Shown here: piece by piece, positions 58,377 to 64,000 of the stretch
Layout: each line of letters begins with the position of its first letter
How positions within the stretch are numbered: position 1 is the first letter of the stretch
Assembly: GCA_964453225.1 (NCBI GenBank)
Contig: CAYVNS010000006.1
Span: 9,036 to 73,035 of the forward strand
Origin: an uncultured Rhodospirillaceae bacterium
Lineage (GTDB): Bacteria > Pseudomonadota > Alphaproteobacteria > UBA9219
Reading direction: 5' to 3'
DNA length: 64,000 bases
The notes under the pieces: model-generated
Database searches by the model: none
Seen by the model: the letters and a program-made list of their open reading frames with translations, nothing else
Told to the model about the DNA's origin: nothing
Made by a program: the position numbers and the translations under genes

Positions 58377-58553
58377 TTAATTTTGCCCCTGACCATTCCG
58401 TTCCATCGCCGCTTTGTATGCAGCCATTTCGGATGTATATGCATCCTGAACGACGCCTGAAGCATTAGCGAATGGCATCGGCTCACCTCTTTGAGCCGCC
58501 GCCCTGGCTTCAATAATCTGTTGTGTCATCATCTGCTGTTCTTCATAGCTCAT
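58377..58553 (-). CDS. Small hypothetical ORF (58 aa), paralogous to 58742-58906
   Basis: Manual translation gives MSYEEQQMMTQQIIEARAAAQRGEPMPFANASGVVQDAYTSEMAAYKAAMERNGQGQN, with AAGGAG 7 nt upstream. It is below the 60-aa cutoff of the track. Confidence 0.35.
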   Translation of the reverse strand: MSYEEQQMMTQQIIEARAAAQRGEPMPFANASGVVQDAYTSEMAAYKAAMERNGQGQN

Positions 58554-58741
58554 TTTGTGTTCTCCTTATAGATGAAACATAATGTATGTTTATTATACAC
58601 AGAATAATAATCAGTAAAAACACCAATAATATTTTCACTTTAAAATCAAAGCATTGCCCAAGCCCCCCCGCCCACTTTGTTTACAAAGTGCACTGACCTA
58701 CTCGTAGATCGAAATACGGATAAATCAAACCCTCTACTTAT

Positions 58742-58906
58742 TTACCCCGCGCTCTGCTGATCGTCCCGGGCTTTCTTTTCCGCAAGATAGGTATTTAACA
58801 CATTCTGCGGCCACGTTGAATCAGGCGGTTGCCCTTCCCTTGCCGCAGCCCGCGCCGCATCCATCTGTTCCGCCATTTTATCCTGCTCTGTTTTTCCGTC
58901 GGCCAT
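58742..58906 (-). CDS. Small hypothetical ORF (54 aa), paralogous to 58377-58553
   Basis: Manual translation gives MADGKTEQDKMAEQMDAARAAAREGQPPDSTWPQNVLNTYLAEKKARDDQQSAG, with GGAGGG upstream. It shares the block (E/D)AARAAA(Q/R)xG(E/Q)P with the other ORF. Confidence 0.35.
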   Translation of the reverse strand: MADGKTEQDKMAEQMDAARAAAREGQPPDSTWPQNVLNTYLAEKKARDDQQSAG

Positions 58907-59085
58907 TTTTGCGCCCTCCGCGTTAAAGATACGGCGTCATGCTTACCATGAAGCCGGACATACATTTTTTGAAAAAGTCAAATTTGGAAAAACCGTCACC
59001 CGATGTTTCCTCCGAAGCCCCCGGCGTAGGAGGAAGGCGGGGGCCCATTTACTTTTTTGTATTTCCATGCAGTTTTCCCGCAAAC

Positions 59086-59232
59086 AGGGCGTGGCATCAA
59101 TTGAACAAGCTTGAGGCGAAAAGTGTGATTTTTCAGGATTTCGAGCGCAGCGTACTTGTCGTACGTGAGCATCGAAATCCTGAAAAAGTGCGCTTTGCAG
59201 CCCAAGATCGTTCAATTGATGCCACGCCCTAC
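59086..59232. repeat. Nested palindromic, MITE-like element with 21-22 bp terminal inverted repeats, abutting the dgt stop
   Basis: The outer arms agggcgtggcatcaattgaaca / cgttcaattgatgccacgccct match 21/22. The inner arms are tttttcaggatttcga / tcgaaatcctgaaaaa. Confidence 0.55.
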
Positions 59233-60405
59233 CTAAACCACAATCCCTGTCGCAAAAAGCCTGTGATGTTCCTTAATGGCATAGCGGTCGGTCATGCCCG
59301 CGATGTAATCGGCGATGATGCGGGCCTTTTTGTCTTTATCCTTCTCGGCCCTGAAGGCATTACTCCACGAAGCGGGCATGCTGCTCGGCTTGTTGATATA
59401 GGCCTCGAAAAGATCATGCACGATTTGCCGCGCCTTTGCGCATGTGTCGTTGACGCGCTCATGCCGGTACATGCGGGAATGCAGGAACAAATGAATAATC
59501 GCGATATGCCGCCCCATTTCCTCGCTGAAAGCGACGGTCGCTTTCGGCGCGCAGCGGATCTCTTTCGCGGACTTCGGCTTTAAGTCTTTCAGATTAAGCT
59601 TAGTGGCTCCCAGCACATCGTCGACCATAAGGCCGATCACTTCGCGAACGACCTCGTACATCACGCGTTGCGGCGCAGAATCCGCATAGGCGCTGCGCAT
59701 CTTTTTCAAAGTCGCCTTGAACAAGGGTAGTTCGCTCAAATCGTCCATATGAAAGAACCCCGCCCTGTGGCCGTCGTCGATGTCGTGGGTGTTATAGGCA
59801 ATATCGTCCGAAAGCGCGGCCACTTGCGCTTCCGGCCCCGCATAGGTCGTTAGCTCCAGGTCCCATTTTTCGTTGAACGCGCGCACTGTCGGCCCCATCG
59901 AAGAAGCATCGAGAGGCCCATTGTGCTTTATGATGCCTTCCAGCGTTTCCCAAGAAAGATTCAGTCCGTCGAAACGGGCGTATCTATGCTCAAGCTTCGT
60001 CACGATGCGGAAAGTTTGCTCGTTATGGTTAAAGCCGCCATAGGGCTTCATGGCCTCGTCAAGCCCCTCCTCCCCGGCATGGCCGAAGCACGTATGCCCA
60101 AGGTCATGGGCCAGAGCGATGCATTCCGCCAGATCTTCGTCGAGGCCAAGCGCGCGGCTGATCGAGCGGGCGATTTGCGCGACTTCCAAGGTATGCGTCA
60201 ATCTGGTGCGATAATAATCGCCCTCGCTTTCGATAAAAACCTGCGTCTTGTTGCGCATTTTTCGAAAGGCCCCGGAATGAACGATCCGATCCCGATCGCG
60301 CTGAAACGGCGTCCGCGAAGAGCTGGGCGCTTCGGGAACAAGGCGGCCCCGGCTCTCCGAAGCTTTGGTCGCGTAAACGGCAAGGGATGGATTTAGGACA
60401 GCCAT
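59233..60405 (-). CDS. dgt: dGTP triphosphohydrolase-like HD-domain protein
   Basis: YRTRLTHTLEVAQIAR and LAHDLGHTCFGHAGE HD motifs. 390 aa. Confidence 0.8.
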   Translation of the reverse strand: MAVLNPSLAVYATKASESRGRLVPEAPSSSRTPFQRDRDRIVHSGAFRKMRNKTQVFIESEGDYYRTRLTHTLEVAQIARSISRALGLDEDLAECIALAHDLGHTCFGHAGEEGLDEAMKPYGGFNHNEQTFRIVTKLEHRYARFDGLNLSWETLEGIIKHNGPLDASSMGPTVRAFNEKWDLELTTYAGPEAQVAALSDDIAYNTHDIDDGHRAGFFHMDDLSELPLFKATLKKMRSAYADSAPQRVMYEVVREVIGLMVDDVLGATKLNLKDLKPKSAKEIRCAPKATVAFSEEMGRHIAIIHLFLHSRMYRHERVNDTCAKARQIVHDLFEAYINKPSSMPASWSNAFRAEKDKDKKARIIADYIAGMTDRYAIKEHHRLFATGIVV

Positions 60406-60571
60406 GAAAGGATCATATCATCCCTTCGCAAAAGGGAAAGCTGTCAAAAAAACGGCGTTTAAGGATAAAATTCTAAAAACCTCTTTAAAAACCATTTTTT
60501 AACCGCATATGTATAGATATTCCAGTGGATGTAGAGCAATTCCGAACATCACCCGGAATCGACTTATAAAT

Positions 60572-60673
60572 CCCTCCCCCTTGATGGGGGAGGGTTTGGG
60601 TGGGGGTGACGGCAAGGATTGCGTTGTGATCGAGATCACACCCATCCCGACCTTCCCCTATCAAGGGGGAAGG
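60572..60673 (+). repeat. G-rich hairpin unit plus two further hairpins in the pepN 5' leader
   Basis: ccctcccccttgatgggggagggtttgggtgggggtgacgg, then gtgatcgagatcac, then ccttcccctatcaagggggaagg. Confidence 0.55.
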
Positions 60674-60705
60674 AGAAGTGTGCAACTCGTTTCAGAAAAG
60701 ATATT

Positions 60706-63330
60706 ATGCAACATAAAGAAATTCACCTCGCCGATTACGAAGTCCCCGCCTTTCTTGTGAAGAAGGTCGATCTCGACATCGAAGTCCTTGCCGATAACGC
60801 GCGCGTCCATTCCAGGTTCAAAGTGCGCCGCAACCCGAAATCGAAAAACAGGAAAGCGCCGCTTTTTTTGAACGGCGAGGCGCAAAAGCTTGTCGGCGTG
60901 TTCATCGACGGGCGCAAGCTGAAGCCAAGGGAATTCAAGCTGACTTCTTCAGGCCTCACAATTCCCCATATGCCCGACCGGGCCACGGTCGAGGTGATCA
61001 GCACGAACAACCCCTATACCAATACGACGCTTTCGGGGCTTTATGCCTCCGGCTCCATGATTTCCACGCAATGCGAGCCCGAAGGGTTCCGGCGCATCAC
61101 CTACTATCCCGACCGCCCCGACGTTATGGCGACATTCCGCGTCACGATTCACGCGGATAAAAAGAAATTCCCCGTTTTGCTCTCCAACGGGAATTTGATC
61201 GCGTCAGGCGACGAAAAGCAAAAAGGAACCAAAAGCGGCCGCCATTACGCGGTCTGGGAAGATCCGTTCCCCAAGCCCGCGTATCTTTTCGCGATGGTCG
61301 CCGGAAAACTCGACAAGCGAACCAGCTCGTTCAAGACGAGGCAAGGCCGGAAGGTGCTGATCGAGATTTACGTCGAGCCGGGAAAAATCAAGGAAACGGG
61401 CTTCGCGCTCGCGGCCATTAAAAAGGCCATGCGCTGGGATGAACAGCGGTTCAATCTGGAATACGATCTCGACCGCTTCATGATGGTGGCGACGCCCTAT
61501 TTCAATATGGGCGCGATGGAAAACAAGGGATTGAATATTTTCAACGACGCCTGCGCGCTGGGGCGGACGGAAACGGCGACGGATACGACCATTTCGTTCA
61601 TCGAACGCTGCGTCGCCCATGAATATTTCCATAATTGGACAGGCGACCGCATCACGCTGCGCGACTGGTTCCAGCTTAGCCTTAAAGAGGGCCTCACCAT
61701 CTTCCGCGAGCAGGAATACATGGGCGATGCGCATTCCATCCCTGTCGAGCGGCTGGATAATGTGCGCGACCTCAAGCGGCGCCAGTTTTCCGAGGACGCG
61801 GGCGCCATGGCCCATCCCGTCCGCCCCGATCGCTACGGGGCCATCGACAACTTTTATACCTGCACGGTGTACGATAAAGGCTCCGAGCTTGTGCGCATGA
61901 TCCAGACGCTCGTCGGCGTCAAAGGATTTAACAAGGGCATGGCCCTTTACGTGCGGCGTCACGACGGGCAAGCGGCCACGTGCGAAGACTTCGTCAAGGC
62001 GATGAGCCGCGCGAACCGCATCGATTTGAAACAGTTCATGCGCTGGTACAAGCAAGCCGGCACGCCCGTGCTGGACGTTAAAAGCGTTTATGACGCCGAT
62101 AAGAAAACGCTCACCCTCAAGGTCAGGCAATCCTGCAAGCCGACGCCCGGCCAGCCTGTTAAAAAGCCCTTTCATATTCCGCTCGCCATCGGCTTGCTTA
62201 GCCCGCGGGGGAAAGACCTTATCGGCACGCGCATTTTGTCCCTTAAAAAGCCGTTGGAAACGTATACCTTCGGCAACATCAAACAAAAGCCGGTGCTGTC
62301 GCTGCTTCGCAATTTTTCCGCGCCCGTTCGCCTGAACTATCCGTATACGAACGACGAGCTGTTGTTCCTCCTTGCGCACGACGTCGATCCCTTCAGCCGA
62401 TGGGAGGCCGGGTTCGAGCTGGCGAAGCGCTGCCTGCTGGATGGCGTATCCGCCGAAAGCGAAGAAGCCTTTATCGCGGCCTTGGGCAAAGTCTTGCGCG
62501 ACCCGCTTCTGGACGAAGCCTTCAAGGCCATGGTTCTCTCTTTGCCGTCCGAAGCTGAATTGGGGCTTGCCCTGAAGGCGCGCGGGCAGCTTATCGAGCC
62601 GGACGGCCTTTATGTAGCGCGCCGAAAATTGGTGAAACGCCTTGCCGGGCTACTGAAAAAAGACTTGGAAAAAGAGCAAAAACGCCTTGCGCGGATCGTC
62701 AAAGACAACGCCGCCGACGGCGTCGCGATGGGACGGCGGTCATTGAAAAATCTCTGCCTTTCTTATCTCGCAACTTTGGGGGAAGAACAAACGCTGAAAG
62801 CCGTTTATGCGCAAGCGACGCAATCCGTGAATATGACCGATACGATTGCGGCGCTTGGCATTCTTGTGGATTCACGTTTTGCCTCGGCGGTCGAGCTGCG
62901 GACCCGCGCGCTTGCCGCTTTCGAGAAGAAATGGAAAGCCACGCCCACGCTTATGGACAAATGGTTTGCCGTGCAGTCAAGCGCCCGGCAAAAGAGCGTG
63001 TTGAAAACCGTTCGCGCGCTCATGCGCAATTCGTCTTTTACGATCAAGAATCCCAATAGAGTATCGGCGCTCATCGGCGTCTTTGCGGCAAACGGCATGG
63101 GCTTTCATTCCGAGACCGGATCCGGTTATCGTTTCATCGCCGATATGATTTTAAAAATTGATCCGGTGAATCCGCTTGCGGCCGCGTCCTTGGCTAAAAA
63201 CTTCGCCCGTTGGCGCGATTACGATGCCGAAAGGCAGAAGCTGATGCTGGTGCAGCTAAAACGCATCAATGCCAATAAAAAACTTTCACGCAATACATCG
63301 GAGGTTGTCGGCAAGAGTCTGAAAGGGTAA
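60706..63330 (+). CDS. pepN: Aminopeptidase N (M1 family)
   Basis: GAMENKGLNIFN and the zinc motif HEYFHNWTGD...E. The ATG at 60706 gives MQHKEIHLADY. Confidence 0.9.
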   Translation: MQHKEIHLADYEVPAFLVKKVDLDIEVLADNARVHSRFKVRRNPKSKNRKAPLFLNGEAQKLVGVFIDGRKLKPREFKLTSSGLTIPHMPDRATVEVISTNNPYTNTTLSGLYASGSMISTQCEPEGFRRITYYPDRPDVMATFRVTIHADKKKFPVLLSNGNLIASGDEKQKGTKSGRHYAVWEDPFPKPAYLFAMVAGKLDKRTSSFKTRQGRKVLIEIYVEPGKIKETGFALAAIKKAMRWDEQRFNLEYDLDRFMMVATPYFNMGAMENKGLNIFNDACALGRTETATDTTISFIERCVAHEYFHNWTGDRITLRDWFQLSLKEGLTIFREQEYMGDAHSIPVERLDNVRDLKRRQFSEDAGAMAHPVRPDRYGAIDNFYTCTVYDKGSELVRMIQTLVGVKGFNKGMALYVRRHDGQAATCEDFVKAMSRANRIDLKQFMRWYKQAGTPVLDVKSVYDADKKTLTLKVRQSCKPTPGQPVKKPFHIPLAIGLLSPRGKDLIGTRILSLKKPLETYTFGNIKQKPVLSLLRNFSAPVRLNYPYTNDELLFLLAHDVDPFSRWEAGFELAKRCLLDGVSAESEEAFIAALGKVLRDPLLDEAFKAMVLSLPSEAELGLALKARGQLIEPDGLYVARRKLVKRLAGLLKKDLEKEQKRLARIVKDNAADGVAMGRRSLKNLCLSYLATLGEEQTLKAVYAQATQSVNMTDTIAALGILVDSRFASAVELRTRALAAFEKKWKATPTLMDKWFAVQSSARQKSVLKTVRALMRNSSFTIKNPNRVSALIGVFAANGMGFHSETGSGYRFIADMILKIDPVNPLAAASLAKNFARWRDYDAERQKLMLVQLKRINANKKLSRNTSEVVGKSLKG

Positions 63331-64000
63331 TGTCCCCGCGGTTCTTTCGGATAGAAATCCAGCAACCCAAGGTGCTTGACGTGTTTTGCCGCATCCTCCT
63401 CCCTGTTCTGGCTCTCCTTATTCTTTCCCCCGCCCTTGCTTTTGCGAAAGGGCCTTCCGCAAAAGACATCTATGCGAACGATGCCTCCGGGGGGGCAAAC
63501 AAGTACGCGGGACAAGATTTTTCCGTTAAAAAAGAATATCCCGATCTCGTTTCATTAAGCCTTGGCGCTTATGACCCCAACAAACCCGATGCCAAAAGGC
63601 ATTCGGTGGATTACCGGGTCGAATACCGCTGGGGGCTGTCGCTTCTTCCTCTTCTGTCGGACAGCTTCAACAGCGTCGAGCCCCTTTTTCAGGTTCATCC
63701 GACGCTTGGCATCGAAGGCAACACGCGCGGCGCTTTTTACGGCAGCGGCGGCCTGGTTATGGATATCCCCTTCTCCGAATACGGCATCATTACGTGGGGC
63801 GAATCGGTCGGCGGCTTTATACAGGGCAAAGACCCGTGCAACATGGGCTCCGTTTTCCAGATCAGGTCGCAACTTGAACTGGGCGCGCGTTTTGAAAATC
63901 AGATGCGCGTGACGGCCTTTATCAGCCACATCTCGAACGCCTATACCGGCGATACCAATCCGGGGGCTGAGATCGCGGGCATCTATGTCCATACGCCGCT
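63330..64000 (+). CDS. PagL-like outer-membrane lipid A deacylase (acyloxyacyl hydrolase family), partial; runs off the window end
   Basis: The start codon overlaps the pepN stop (TAATG). Signal peptide ILLPVLALLILSPALAFA. The HxSN-type motif ISHISNAYTGD lies near the window end. Confidence 0.5.
   Translation, partial: MSPRFFRIEIQQPKVLDVFCRILLPVLALLILSPALAFAKGPSAKDIYANDASGGANKYAGQDFSVKKEYPDLVSLSLGAYDPNKPDAKRHSVDYRVEYRWGLSLLPLLSDSFNSVEPLFQVHPTLGIEGNTRGAFYGSGGLVMDIPFSEYGIITWGESVGGFIQGKDPCNMGSVFQIRSQLELGARFENQMRVTAFISHISNAYTGDTNPGAEIAGIYVHTP

Noticed and set aside
58939-59583. 214-aa plus-strand ORF downstream of the small ORFs
   Set aside because: It overlaps the MITE-like palindrome and the 3' part of dgt in antisense. 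It is not supported by any start context.

Overview
This 64 kb window looks like chromosomal DNA from a GC-rich proteobacterium. The gene content is alphaproteobacterial in flavour: rpe next to a heparinase II/III-like gene, kdsB, argJ, otsAB, glyQS-type glyS, ppdK, pepN. I cannot assign a genus. Housekeeping genes are interrupted by several visibly AT-richer accessory segments.

1. Positions 1-10.9 kb: two paralogous giant secreted Cys-repeat/Gly-rich proteins, a tandem pair of unknown paralogous genes, and a Type III restriction-modification system (mod-res). These end at a tRNA-Gly(CCC) that is surrounded by fragments of itself.

2. A ~6.5 kb insert lies downstream of tRNA-Ser and a fic gene. 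It is bounded by a diverged direct repeat of the fic 3' end. It carries a tightly packed five-gene enzyme operon: SHMT-fold PLP enzyme, PP-loop amidotransferase, prephenate dehydratase, group II PLP decarboxylase, and an unknown protein. I regard this as the best candidate for an undescribed small-molecule pathway in the window.

3. A ~2 kb insert at the 3' end of ppdK is bounded by duplicated copies of the ppdK tail. It contains an AT-rich hypothetical gene, an array of G-rich hairpin repeats and two small paralogous ORFs.

Other notable items:
- Two paralogous HK-Hpt-RR phosphorelays whose response regulators share an uncharacterised N-terminal domain.
- One hybrid kinase of these has a ferredoxin plus [FeFe]-hydrogenase-like sensor module.
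- A trehalose-6-phosphate synthase with a two-TM periplasmic N-terminal extension.
- A fused nucleotidyltransferase-HAD protein that is translationally coupled to an APH-type kinase.
- A frameshifted DUF218 gene.
- Three families of dispersed intergenic repeats.

Coordinates I derived by hand may be off by 1-2 nt.
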